Assembly (NCBI GenBank): GCA_963714085.1
Contig: OY970229.1
Coordinates: forward strand, 768,001-832,000
Source: an uncultured Candidatus Micrarchaeota archaeon
Lineage (GTDB): Archaea > Micrarchaeota > Micrarchaeia > Anstonellales > Bilamarchaeaceae
Length of the DNA stretch: 64,000 nucleotides
Direction: 5' to 3'
Position numbers and translations under genes: made by a program. Shown in pieces: positions 1-8,818 of this stretch. The notes under the pieces are model-generated. The model searched no databases. It was given only the letters and a program-made list of their open reading frames with translations, and was not told where the DNA came from. Within the stretch, counting starts at the first letter, position 1. Each line of letters opens with the position of its first letter.

Positions 1-748
1 AGAGGCCAAGTTCAAGTCCGTTGTGTTCGAGAAGAAGGATGAGGCCGGAGTGATACTTCGTGCGGATTCCCTCGGCTCCGTTGAAGCGCTGGTGAAGCTG
101 CTTGGCGACGCGGACATCCCTGTCAAGGAGGCGGGCGTGGGCAAGATAACCAGGAAGGACGTGGTGTCTGCCAAGACCGTGGCAGCGGAGGACAGGTACC
201 TGGGCGCGGTCCTGGGCTTCAACGTGCAGATCCTGGACGAGGCTAGCCAGGAGTCCTCGGATTCGGGCATCCCGGTCATCTGGTCGGATATCATATACCA
301 TCTGCTCGACCGCTATAAGGAGTGGGTTGCCGCAGAGAAGGACAAGGAGAAGAAGGAGGCGCTCGCGCATTTCACCTGGCCCGGGAAGATCAAGGCGCTG
401 CCAGGCTTCTGCTTCAGGGTGAGCAAGCCCGCCATATTCGGCATAGAGGTCCTGGGCGGCAGGATAAAGCGCGGCTACCGCCTCATGAACAGAGCCGGCG
501 AGATCGTCGGCGAGGTCAGGGAGATACAGAAGGAGAAAGAGAAGGTGAACGAGGCGTCGGCTGGCCAGCAGCTGGCCATATCCTGCGACGGCATCAACTA
601 TGGCAAGAACGTCAACGAGAACGACGTGCTATACGTATATCTGACCCCGGACGAGCTGAAGATGTGGGAGGAGAAGAAGGACATGCTGGCCGGTGACGAG
701 AAGGCCGTGTTCGAGGAAGTCAAGCAGATGCAGAGAAGGTTCTTCTGA
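1..748 (+). CDS. infB: Translation initiation factor IF-2/aIF5B, C-terminal part (5' truncated by window)
   Basis: GVILRADSLGSVEAL (domain III) and FRVSKPAIFGIEVLGG (domain IV) typical of archaeal aIF5B. Confidence 0.95.
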   Translation, partial: EAKFKSVVFEKKDEAGVILRADSLGSVEALVKLLGDADIPVKEAGVGKITRKDVVSAKTVAAEDRYLGAVLGFNVQILDEASQESSDSGIPVIWSDIIYHLLDRYKEWVAAEKDKEKKEALAHFTWPGKIKALPGFCFRVSKPAIFGIEVLGGRIKRGYRLMNRAGEIVGEVREIQKEKEKVNEASAGQQLAISCDGINYGKNVNENDVLYVYLTPDELKMWEEKKDMLAGDEKAVFEEVKQMQRRFF

Positions 749-753
749 TTGCC

Positions 754-1281
754 ATGTGCGTATTCAGCGGAGTCCTGGGAAGCGGAAAGATCCTGACGTT
801 CCAGTTGGTCACGTTCTTCTCCATCCTGATCGCGATGGGCGCGTGGGTATACCTCTTCATAAGAGGCAGGCTCGGCCCGCAGCTGCGATCATTCCTGATC
901 CCGATCTGCCTCTGGTTCGTTTTCGGGACTTTGGACATCCTGATAACAGTGAAGGGGACTTATGCGAACCCGCTGCAGGAAGCCGACCCGGCAACGCGCC
1001 TCATACTCCTCCAGTTCGGGCCTTTGGGAGCAGCAGTCGCCAGCGTGCTCTGGATATCCCTCTGGGCAGGGATTGTCTATGCCATGAACAAGGCCAGGCC
1101 CGGGAGGATCTCGGAGTTCGTCTCGCTCTGCGCGTTCTATTGTCTGGCTGCCGGCCACTTCTTCGGGTTCTCCAGCTGGTTCCTCCCGCTCTGCCAATTC
1201 AGCGAGCCGGGGTTGCTCTGGGTGGTTCCGGTCGCGCTCGCGGCGCTGCACTGGAGCGTGGCCGGCATGAAGAAAGGATAA
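754..1281 (+). CDS. Hypothetical multi-pass membrane protein (DUF5658-like)
   Basis: About 5 hydrophobic segments; D-x3-T...E-x-D-P motif; starts 5 nt after infB. Confidence 0.6.
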   Translation: MCVFSGVLGSGKILTFQLVTFFSILIAMGAWVYLFIRGRLGPQLRSFLIPICLWFVFGTLDILITVKGTYANPLQEADPATRLILLQFGPLGAAVASVLWISLWAGIVYAMNKARPGRISEFVSLCAFYCLAAGHFFGFSSWFLPLCQFSEPGLLWVVPVALAALHWSVAGMKKG

Positions 1282-1327
1282 TAAGGTTTCCTGATAATTA
1301 ACTTTTCAAGCTGTTTCTGGTGACGCT

Positions 1328-2335
1328 ATGATCATAGGGCTTACGGGAGAGAATTGCGCCGGCAAGGGCACGGTGGCGGATTACCTGAAGAAGAAGGGGT
1401 TCTACTACCTCTCGCTTTCGGATGTCATACGGGAGGAGCTGAAGGCGGACGGCAAGGAGATAACCAGGGAGCACCTCATCGAAAAGGGCAATACGCTCCG
1501 CTCCGAATTCGGCCCGGCCATACTCGCCATAAAGACCGTGGCGAAGGTGGAGGCGGACAGGAATTACGTCATAGACTCCATACGCAACCCGGCAGAGGCG
1601 CTTGAGCTGAAGAAGCTCCACGGGTTCTTCCTTTTCCACATCAGCGCCGCGCCTGAGATCCGGTTCGCCAGGATGAGGGCGCGGGACCGCGAGGAGGACC
1701 CGAAGACCTTCGAGGCGTTCATGAAGATCGAGAAGATGGAGGCCAGGAACGCGGAGAAGACCAAGCAGAACCTTGAGGAGACCGTGAAGCTCGCGGACAG
1801 GGTCATAGGCAACGACGCGAACCTGGTGGAGCTCTACGACCGGGTGGACCAGTCGCTGGGCGAGGTGTCGGCCGATTTCAAGAGGAACAGGCCGGGCTGG
1901 GACGACTATTTCATGTCCATAGCCAAGGTGATCGCGTCCCGCTCCAACTGCGTGAAGCGTAAGGTGGCCGCGGTGATAGTCAAGGATAGGAGGATCGTGT
2001 CCACTGGCTACAACGGCACGCCCCGGGGCACAAGGAACTGCGATGACGGAGGATGCCCTAGGTGCAACAACTTCAGCGAGGCGGGCAAGAACCTGGAGGA
2101 CTGCTACTGCTCGCACGGCGAGGAGAACGCCATAGTGCAGGCGGCATACCACGGCATAAGCATAAAGGGCGGCACGGTGTACACCACATTCTCGCCATGC
2201 CTGCTCTGCACGAAGATGATTATCAATGCCGGCATCGGGGAGGTCATCTACAACGCGGCTTACCCCATAGGCGAGAAGCCGCTCGCCATGCTGCGCGAGG
2301 CTGGCGTGATGACGCGGCAGCACAAGGTGGATTGA
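1328..2335 (+). CDS. P-loop kinase-like domain fused to dCMP deaminase
   Basis: N-terminal GLTGENCAGKGT P-loop; C-terminal RPGWDDYFM, GYNGTP, HGEEN and SPCLLC zinc-deaminase motifs. Confidence 0.9.
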   Translation: MIIGLTGENCAGKGTVADYLKKKGFYYLSLSDVIREELKADGKEITREHLIEKGNTLRSEFGPAILAIKTVAKVEADRNYVIDSIRNPAEALELKKLHGFFLFHISAAPEIRFARMRARDREEDPKTFEAFMKIEKMEARNAEKTKQNLEETVKLADRVIGNDANLVELYDRVDQSLGEVSADFKRNRPGWDDYFMSIAKVIASRSNCVKRKVAAVIVKDRRIVSTGYNGTPRGTRNCDDGGCPRCNNFSEAGKNLEDCYCSHGEENAIVQAAYHGISIKGGTVYTTFSPCLLCTKMIINAGIGEVIYNAAYPIGEKPLAMLREAGVMTRQHKVD

Positions 2336-2656
2336 ATGGACAGCAAGAAGGCGCAGGAGAGGAAGATGGCGGAAAGCGCCATGAAGGGCATGCGGTCCTT
2401 CGTTTTCTACATGCTGGCTGATTTCGCCATAATCTCCGGCATCGTGCTCGTTCTGCTCGGAGTCGGGGAGTTCCTCAGCTCGCTCCTGCGCATAGCAGGC
2501 TCAGGCGAGATCCTGCTCGGCGCCGTGCTTTTCATAGTCGGTTCTGCGCTGATCGCCAGGACGAGGACCAATGTCACCATAGGCATGCAGCCGCAGGTGC
2601 CCCAGGAGCCTCCGATGCCGCCCGCGCCGCCGCCGGACTCCGGGACTTACAGGTGA
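2336..2656 (+). CDS. Small 2-TM membrane protein with Pro-rich tail
   Basis: Abuts upstream stop; two hydrophobic helices; host-like codon usage. Confidence 0.6.
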   Translation: MDSKKAQERKMAESAMKGMRSFVFYMLADFAIISGIVLVLLGVGEFLSSLLRIAGSGEILLGAVLFIVGSALIARTRTNVTIGMQPQVPQEPPMPPAPPPDSGTYR

Positions 2657-2883
2657 AAGGAATGAGGGTTACGCATATAGATATGTCAGTGGGAAGGGAA
2701 TGCCGGCAGGGTGATGCCTGGCCAAGGCGCCGGCGTCTTCCGAGGCCCTTTGCACCGCTTTTGGTCAATGAACGTTGCGGTGATAAGCCGGATGGAAGGA
2801 TGGTAGTCACCTTGATCAGGAATGGCGAACTGGTCGGCAATGTCAGCTTGGGAACACCGAGGCGGGCAGATAAACAATTATAA
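2653..2883 (+). CDS. Hypothetical protein
   Basis: GTGA overlap with previous gene; no recognisable motif. Confidence 0.35.
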   Translation: MKGMRVTHIDMSVGRECRQGDAWPRRRRLPRPFAPLLVNERCGDKPDGRMVVTLIRNGELVGNVSLGTPRRADKQL

Positions 2884-2906
2884 GCCCGAGGCACCATAAT
2901 ACCATT

Positions 2907-2975
2907 GGCAACAATGAAATCACCGTCCCAGCAGAGCCGAAAGGCAATGACCGCAAGAGTAGCTATTGAGTTGCC
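2907..2975 (+). ncRNA. Candidate box C/D methylation-guide sRNA
   Basis: Terminal stem GGCAAC/GTTGCC; C-like ATGAAA, D'-like CAGA, GCCGAAAGGC hairpin, C'-like ATGACC, D-like TTGA; TATA (AATTATAA, 2876-2883) about 25 nt upstream. Confidence 0.6.
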
Positions 2976-3076
2976 TTTCTCGTGGAATGTTTTAGCGCCG
3001 CATCGGAGCGGGCCATTCCGCGGTTCCGCTAGTCTTTTATTATCTTTCAATCACAGGAGCATCGGGAGGCGTTTTT

Positions 3077-3820
3077 ATGAAACTCGTTGTACAGGAAGCA
3101 CCTGCGCTAAAGTCAGCCATTGATTCGATAGTCAGCCTTGTGGAGGAGGGTCAGTTCGAGGTGAAAGCGGACGGCCTGCACCTGAGGGCCATGGACCCGT
3201 CGCAGATTTCCATGGTGTCGTTCCACATGCCCAAATCAGCTTTCGTGGAGTATAACGTCCCAGAGGAGAGGAAGATAGGCCTGGACATCAACCAGCTCAG
3301 CAACGTGCTCGCCAGGGGCAAGAGGGGCGAGAAGGCGGAGCTGAGCCTGGAGGACGGCCGGCTGGTGGTGAAGTTCTTCGCGGACAAGCGCAAGAGGATG
3401 TTCAAGATACCGCTCATCGAGATAGGCGAGGGATTGTCCCGCGAGCCTAAGATAGAATACACGAGCTACGCCAAGGTCACGGCGGACGCGCTCAAGGAGA
3501 CGCTCAAGGATGCGAAGCTCGTGAGCTCGCATGTCAAGCTGCTCCTGGACAAGAGCACGTTCCTCATAGAGGTCAGGGGCGAGAACGGCGACGTCAAGGA
3601 GGAATTCGAGGCAGGAGGCGGCGAGGTCTCTGAGATAAAGACCGAAAAAGGCGCCAGGGCGACCTTCCCGCTCCAGTACCTCGAGGACATGATAAAGGCG
3701 ACGAGCGCGAGCTCAATCGTCACCGTGAACCTGGAGACCGACAGGCCCATGAAGCTCCAGTACGAGGTTGAGGGCGCCCAGGTCACGTACTACCTCGCGC
3801 CCAGGATAGAGACCGACTAG
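3077..3820 (+). CDS. pcn: DNA polymerase sliding clamp PCNA
   Basis: LRAMDPSQISMV and C-terminal YYLAPRIE signatures; 247 aa. Confidence 0.97.
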   Translation: MKLVVQEAPALKSAIDSIVSLVEEGQFEVKADGLHLRAMDPSQISMVSFHMPKSAFVEYNVPEERKIGLDINQLSNVLARGKRGEKAELSLEDGRLVVKFFADKRKRMFKIPLIEIGEGLSREPKIEYTSYAKVTADALKETLKDAKLVSSHVKLLLDKSTFLIEVRGENGDVKEEFEAGGGEVSEIKTEKGARATFPLQYLEDMIKATSASSIVTVNLETDRPMKLQYEVEGAQVTYYLAPRIETD

Positions 3821-6800
3821 CTCGTCCATTCCTCGACCGTGCGCACTTCCAGCGGCTTGTCTTTCAGTTCTTTCAATGCTTTTAGGAATTCGAATGCCGT
3901 GTTTATGTTGGTCAGGCAGGGTATCCCCTGCTCTATCGCGGCGCGCCTTATCTTGAAGCCGTCGGTGCTCGAGCTTCCGCCCCTTCTGGGCGTGTTTATG
4001 ATTATGCCCACTTTCCGCGAGCGTATGGTGTCCAGCACGTCCGGAGAGCCCTGGCCGATCTTCGGGATCATGCAGGCGCCTGGGATGCCCTCCACCGTGC
4101 CCTTCGTGCCGCACACCTCGAAGCCCAATGATTCCAGTACCTTCGCCAACTCAGGGACCATTCTTTTGTCCTCGTCCCGCAGGCTGAGGAAGGCCACCGG
4201 CGCGTTGCCGCCCTGCTTCATTGAGATTCCCGCGGCCATCAGCGCCTTGTAATAGGCGAGTTCGAATGTCTTGCCGAGCCCCATGGTCTCCCCGGTGCTC
4301 CTCATCTCCGGACCGAGGGAGATGTCGGTGCCAGCGAGCTTGAGGAACGGGAACACCACGGATTTGACCGCGAAAGCCTTGCCGCGCGGGGATGGGTTGA
4401 GGCTTTTGAGCTTCTCGCCCAGGATGACGCGCACTGCGAGCTTCACCATTGGCACTTCTATGGCCTTGCTCACGTAGGGGACCGTGCGGCTGGCACGGGG
4501 GTTCGCCTCCAGAATATAGACCTTGCCATCCTTGACGGCGTACTGGATGTTGATGAGGCCTATCGTCGTCAGCGACTTTGCGATCCTCCCGCTGTAGTCC
4601 ACTATCGTTTTCCTCGCATCCTCGCTCATGCGCAGCGGAGGCAGCACGATGTTGGCGTCGCCCGAGTGCACTCCTGCAGGTTCGATGTGCTCCATCACCG
4701 CGCCTATGAACAGGTCGTTCCCGTCCCCTATGGCGTCCACTTCCGCCTCTATGGCGTTGTCCAGGTACTTGTCTATGAGCACGGGCGAGTCCCCGCTTAT
4801 CTCCGCGGCGCCTGCCATGAAGGCGGTGAGCTCGTTGTCGTCGTTCACTATCGCCATTCCCCTTCCAGAGATCACGTAGCTGGGGCGCACGACCACCGGG
4901 TAGCCGATGCGCCTTGCGATCGCATGCGCCTCTGCGTCTCCGGTAGCGGTGCCATTCGGAGGCTGGGGTATGCCGAGCTTCTCGGAGAGCTGCCTGAAGC
5001 GCTCGCGGTTCTCGGCTATGTCTATGCCCTCGAGCTGGGTCCCGAGTATGCGCACGCCAGCATCCGAGAGCTTGTGGGCAAGGTTGAGGCTGGTCTGGCC
5101 GCCCAGCTGGACTATGACGCCTTCCGGATCCTCGTTCTCCACGATGTTCATCACGTCCTCGAAGACCAATGGTTCGAAGTATAGCCTGTCGCTGGAATCG
5201 AAGTCCGTGCTCACGGTCTCGGGGTTGTTGTTCACCATTATGCTCTTTATGCCCAAATCCCTCAGGGCGAAGGCGGCGTGCGAGCAGCAATAGTCGAATT
5301 CGATGCCCTGGCCGATGCGTATCGGGCCGGAGCCGATGACCAGGACCTTCCTCGACTTTTCAGCTATCGCCTCGTTCTCCTGCTCGTATGTGGAATAATA
5401 ATAAGGCGTGACAGCCTCGAACTCGCCTGCGCAGGAGTCCACGATCTTGTACGTGGGGAGTATCCTGAGTTTCTTGCGCAGCGAGCGGACGTCTGACTCT
5501 TTCATGCCTTTCAGATCCGCGATTAGCGAATCGGGGAATCCGGCGCGCTTGGCGCGGAGCAGCAGCTCTTCCGTGAGCTCACTTTTGGATATATCCTGCT
5601 CGAGTGAGACGAGCGCTGCCACGCGCTGGAGGAACCATTTGTGGATCTTCGTCTCCTTGTTCAGCTCGTCGACGCTCATCCCCTTGCGCAACGCCTCGAA
5701 GATCGCGTAGAGCCGCTGGTCTGTCGCCGGGTTGAGGTGCCACTGGGGCCTGATGGCCTTTGGCGGCTTCACATCCAGGCTGCGCATGGCCTTCATGAGC
5801 GCCTCCTCGAAGGTGCGACCTATGGCCATCGCCTCGCCCGTGCTCTTCATCATGGTTCCTAGCGTCCGGTTGCTCTTGGAGAACTTGTCAAAGGGCCAAC
5901 GGGGTATTTTCAGGACGATATAGTCCAGGGCTGGCTCGAATGCCGCGTTCGTGCCGGTTATGGCGTTCTTCACTTCATGGAGCTTTTTTCCCAGCGCTAT
6001 CTTCGTTGCGACGCGCGCGATCGGATATCCGGTTGCCTTGGAGGCGAGCGCTGATGAGCGGGACAGTCTCGGGTTAACCTCTATGACTACGTAATCTCCG
6101 GTCTGCTGGTTGAGCGCGAACTGCACGTTGCAGCTGCCCTTCACCCCCACGGCGTCCACTATGCGGATGGATGCGTCCCTGAGCATCTGGTTGTCCCTGT
6201 CGGAGAGAGTCTGCACCGGAGCCGCGACTATGGACTCGCCCGTGTGTATCCCCAAGGGATCGAAGTTCTCCATGGTGCAGATTATCACGGAGTTGCCATC
6301 CGCGTCGCGGATGACCTCGTACTCGAACTCGCCCCAGCCTATGCCGGATTTCTCGATGAGCACCTCTCCTGTGGCGCTCAGGCGGAAGCCCAGGTCCAGT
6401 ATGTCTTTGAGCTGGGATTCGTCGTATGCGGTCCCGCCTCCGGTGCCGCCCAAAGTGAATGACGGGCGCGCGATCACCGGGTATCCGATCTTCTCGGCGA
6501 ATTTTCTCGCGCTTTCGAAATCATGGACTATCTGCCCTGGCAGGAGGGGGACTCCGATTGAGCGCATGGTCTCGTTGAACTTCTCCCTTGATTCGGCCTT
6601 TTCTATTGCTTCGGCATCCGTGCCCATGAACTCGACGCCGTGCTTCTTGAGGATCCCCTTTCGGTGGAGGTCCATGGCGAGGTTGAGGCCGGTCTGGCCG
6701 CCGACCGTAGCGAGTATGCCGTCCGGCTTCTCGCGCTCGATTATGCGCTCGAGTATCTCCACTGTGAGCGGCTCTATGTATATCCGGTCCGCAGTTTCCC

Positions 6801-6960
6801 TGTCGGTCTGAATCGTGGCCGGATTGGAGTTGACCAGGACGACCTTTATGCCTTCCTCGCGCAACGCCCTGCAGGCTTGTGTGCCGGAGTAATCGAACTC
6901 GGCGGACTGGCCGATGACTATGGGGCCCGAGCCTATGACAAGCACTTTCTTCGCCTTCAT
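3817..6960 (-). CDS. carB: Carbamoyl-phosphate synthase large subunit
   Basis: KVLVIGSGPIVIGQSAEFDYSG, duplicated ATP-grasp halves, C-terminal MGS domain. Confidence 0.98.
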   Translation of the reverse strand: MKAKKVLVIGSGPIVIGQSAEFDYSGTQACRALREEGIKVVLVNSNPATIQTDRETADRIYIEPLTVEILERIIEREKPDGILATVGGQTGLNLAMDLHRKGILKKHGVEFMGTDAEAIEKAESREKFNETMRSIGVPLLPGQIVHDFESARKFAEKIGYPVIARPSFTLGGTGGGTAYDESQLKDILDLGFRLSATGEVLIEKSGIGWGEFEYEVIRDADGNSVIICTMENFDPLGIHTGESIVAAPVQTLSDRDNQMLRDASIRIVDAVGVKGSCNVQFALNQQTGDYVVIEVNPRLSRSSALASKATGYPIARVATKIALGKKLHEVKNAITGTNAAFEPALDYIVLKIPRWPFDKFSKSNRTLGTMMKSTGEAMAIGRTFEEALMKAMRSLDVKPPKAIRPQWHLNPATDQRLYAIFEALRKGMSVDELNKETKIHKWFLQRVAALVSLEQDISKSELTEELLLRAKRAGFPDSLIADLKGMKESDVRSLRKKLRILPTYKIVDSCAGEFEAVTPYYYSTYEQENEAIAEKSRKVLVIGSGPIRIGQGIEFDYCCSHAAFALRDLGIKSIMVNNNPETVSTDFDSSDRLYFEPLVFEDVMNIVENEDPEGVIVQLGGQTSLNLAHKLSDAGVRILGTQLEGIDIAENRERFRQLSEKLGIPQPPNGTATGDAEAHAIARRIGYPVVVRPSYVISGRGMAIVNDDNELTAFMAGAAEISGDSPVLIDKYLDNAIEAEVDAIGDGNDLFIGAVMEHIEPAGVHSGDANIVLPPLRMSEDARKTIVDYSGRIAKSLTTIGLINIQYAVKDGKVYILEANPRASRTVPYVSKAIEVPMVKLAVRVILGEKLKSLNPSPRGKAFAVKSVVFPFLKLAGTDISLGPEMRSTGETMGLGKTFELAYYKALMAAGISMKQGGNAPVAFLSLRDEDKRMVPELAKVLESLGFEVCGTKGTVEGIPGACMIPKIGQGSPDVLDTIRSRKVGIIINTPRRGGSSSTDGFKIRRAAIEQGIPCLTNINTAFEFLKALKELKDKPLEVRTVEEWTS

Positions 6961-8048
6961 CTCCGCCCCTCCATGCTCTTGATGAACTTGTCGAATAGCC
7001 TCTTCGAATCATGCGGTCCGGGGCTGGCTTCCGGATGGTACTGCACGCTGAACACCGGCAGCTCCCTGTGCTCCATGCCCTCGACCGTATTGTCATTGAG
7101 GTTGAGGTGCGTGATCTCGAAGCCTTCGGGCACGCGCTCCTGGTCGACCGCGTAGCCGTGGTTCTGCGTCGTTATCGAGACGCGTCCGGTCTTCCTCTCC
7201 AGGACCGGGTGGTTCGAGCCCCTGTGCCCGAATTTCAGCTTGTATGTGGAGCCTTTGAACGCGTGGGCCAGGAGCTGGTGGCCAAGGCAGATGCCGAAAA
7301 CCGGGTATTCTTTGGTGAGCTCGCGTATGGTGCCGTGCGCTTCCGTGAGTATCGCCGGGTCTCCGGGCCCGTTGGAGAGCACGATGCCGTCCGGCTCGTG
7401 CGAGTCTATCTGCTTGGCGGTCGAGAAGCTTGGCACGAGGATGACCTCGCATCCCCTTGCTACGAGCTCGCGGACGATGCCCATCTTCACACCGTAGTCG
7501 ACCAGGACCACGCGCTTCCCCTTGGCGCCCTTGGTCCCGAACGTCTTCGGCTTCTGCGTGGTCACCTCTCGCACGAAGTCCTTCCCGGAGTAATCGAAAT
7601 CCACCTTCAGTTTCTTCAGGTCGAAATCTCCCTCGTAGGTGGCGAGCAGCGCCGGCATCACGCCCTTCGTCCTTATCCTGCGGACGAGGAATCGCGTGTC
7701 TATCCCGGTTATTCCAGGGACGCCGTGGCGCTCCAGGAACGCGTCCACTCCTTCGGTCGCCTCCATATGGAAGAAGTCCGGGCTCAGGCTGCGCACCGCG
7801 AAGCCGCGCGGCTGGACCTTGTCGCTCTCGAAATCCTTGCCGTTTATCCCGTAGTTGCCTATGAGCGGGTTTGTCATGAGGAGCATCTGCCCGGCGTAGC
7901 TGGGGTCCGTGAGCGCCTCCTGGTACCCGGTCATCGAGGTGTTGAAGACGAGCTCTCCCTGAGAAATCGCTCGCGCTCCGAATCCTTCGCCATGGAGCGC
8001 AGTGCCATCCTGAAGCAGCAGAACTGCTCGCATTCCGCCTCGTGCCAT
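6957..8048 (-). CDS. carA: Carbamoyl-phosphate synthase small subunit (start possibly 8033)
   Basis: GELVFNTSMTGYQE, LSNGPGDP, FGICLGHQ, QYHPEASPGP. Confidence 0.98.
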   Translation of the reverse strand: MARGGMRAVLLLQDGTALHGEGFGARAISQGELVFNTSMTGYQEALTDPSYAGQMLLMTNPLIGNYGINGKDFESDKVQPRGFAVRSLSPDFFHMEATEGVDAFLERHGVPGITGIDTRFLVRRIRTKGVMPALLATYEGDFDLKKLKVDFDYSGKDFVREVTTQKPKTFGTKGAKGKRVVLVDYGVKMGIVRELVARGCEVILVPSFSTAKQIDSHEPDGIVLSNGPGDPAILTEAHGTIRELTKEYPVFGICLGHQLLAHAFKGSTYKLKFGHRGSNHPVLERKTGRVSITTQNHGYAVDQERVPEGFEITHLNLNDNTVEGMEHRELPVFSVQYHPEASPGPHDSKRLFDKFIKSMEGRR

Positions 8049-8113
8049 ATAGAACTAGAATATTATATTGGAGAGGGAAGTTTATAATCATTTGGGGTAT
8101 CGACGCCGGAAGA

Positions 8114-8178
8114 AGTGGCGCGTGCTGTTCAACTCATCCTTCATCGCTAAAAGCTCGGAGAGCCATTAGGCACGCGCC
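8114..8178 (-). ncRNA. Candidate single-hairpin H/ACA-like guide RNA with K-turn
   Basis: Perfect 9-bp stem GGCGCGTGC/GCACGCGCC, 6x6 internal pocket, upper stem, CCGA/ATGAAG K-turn-like motif; TATA about 25 nt upstream; tail is ACU rather than ACA. Confidence 0.45.
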
Positions 8179-8229
8179 GGAGAGATGATGCGGACTGGAT
8201 TTTATAATTAGCTCCGATAATTAGGTTTA

Positions 8230-8255
8230 ATAACCTTTAGTTATAAGATGTTATA
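8230..8255. promoter_or_regulatory. Overlapping inverted repeats, likely TA-operon operator
   Basis: ATAAC-N5-GTTAT (8230-8244) and TATAA-N4-TTATA (8242-8255) just upstream of the antitoxin gene. Confidence 0.45.
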
Positions 8256-8274
8256 CGAAGTTAGTGGTGGTTAT

Positions 8275-8535
8275 ATGGCTGAAGCTACGCTGAATATTCA
8301 TGTGAACGATTACACGAACCGGGTGCTCGGGGTGATAAAGGAGATGTTCGGCCTCAGGAACAAATCCGAAGCTCTCAACAAGTTCGTGGAGATGTTCGGG
8401 GACGAGTTCATAAACAAAGAGGTCCGAGAGGATGTCGTAAAGGATATCATCGTGTCCTCAGAAGCGCATATCAGAAAGCACGGGATGCGCCGGATGTCCA
8501 TGGCCCAGCTGAGGAAAGTGACCGGGGCGGAATGA
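8275..8535 (+). CDS. Antitoxin, DUF2683-like
   Basis: YTNRVLGVIKEMFGLRNKSEALNKFV RHH-like N-terminus; overlaps toxin start; GGTGG SD. Confidence 0.75.
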   Translation: MAEATLNIHVNDYTNRVLGVIKEMFGLRNKSEALNKFVEMFGDEFINKEVREDVVKDIIVSSEAHIRKHGMRRMSMAQLRKVTGAE

Positions 8536-8816
8536 TGCCTTTCACCTTCGACTTGACTGACGACTTGCGCGAGACGCTGGAGAAACTCGCTAAAAAGGAT
8601 CCGCGACGCTCGGAGATAATCCGCAGGAAGATTCAGGAGATAGTCGAAAGTGACGGAAACGAGATAGACCACTACAAGAATCTCAGGCACGACCTGTCCG
8701 ATTACAAACGCGTACATATAGACCGGAGCTTCGTGCTGATTTTCAAGGTTTTCAAAAAGGAGAGGCACGTCCTCTTTGTGCAGTTCGACCACCACGACAA
8801 AGTCTACCGGAGATAA
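8532..8816 (+). CDS. Type II toxin, RelE/ParE/YafQ superfamily
   Basis: 94 aa basic protein; HYKNLRHDLSDYKRVHIDRSFVLIF...FDHHDKVY. Confidence 0.85.
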   Translation: MMPFTFDLTDDLRETLEKLAKKDPRRSEIIRRKIQEIVESDGNEIDHYKNLRHDLSDYKRVHIDRSFVLIFKVFKKERHVLFVQFDHHDKVYRR

Positions 8817-8818
8817 AA

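Noticed and set aside
2884..3013. 5S rRNA, RNase P or SRP RNA in the intergenic region before pcn
   Set aside because: Conserved motifs of those RNAs not found; a C/D-box layout fits better
2980..3023. Hairpin CGTGGAATG...CATTCCGCG downstream of the C/D-like RNA
   Set aside because: No box motifs or own promoter; insufficient support for a separate RNA
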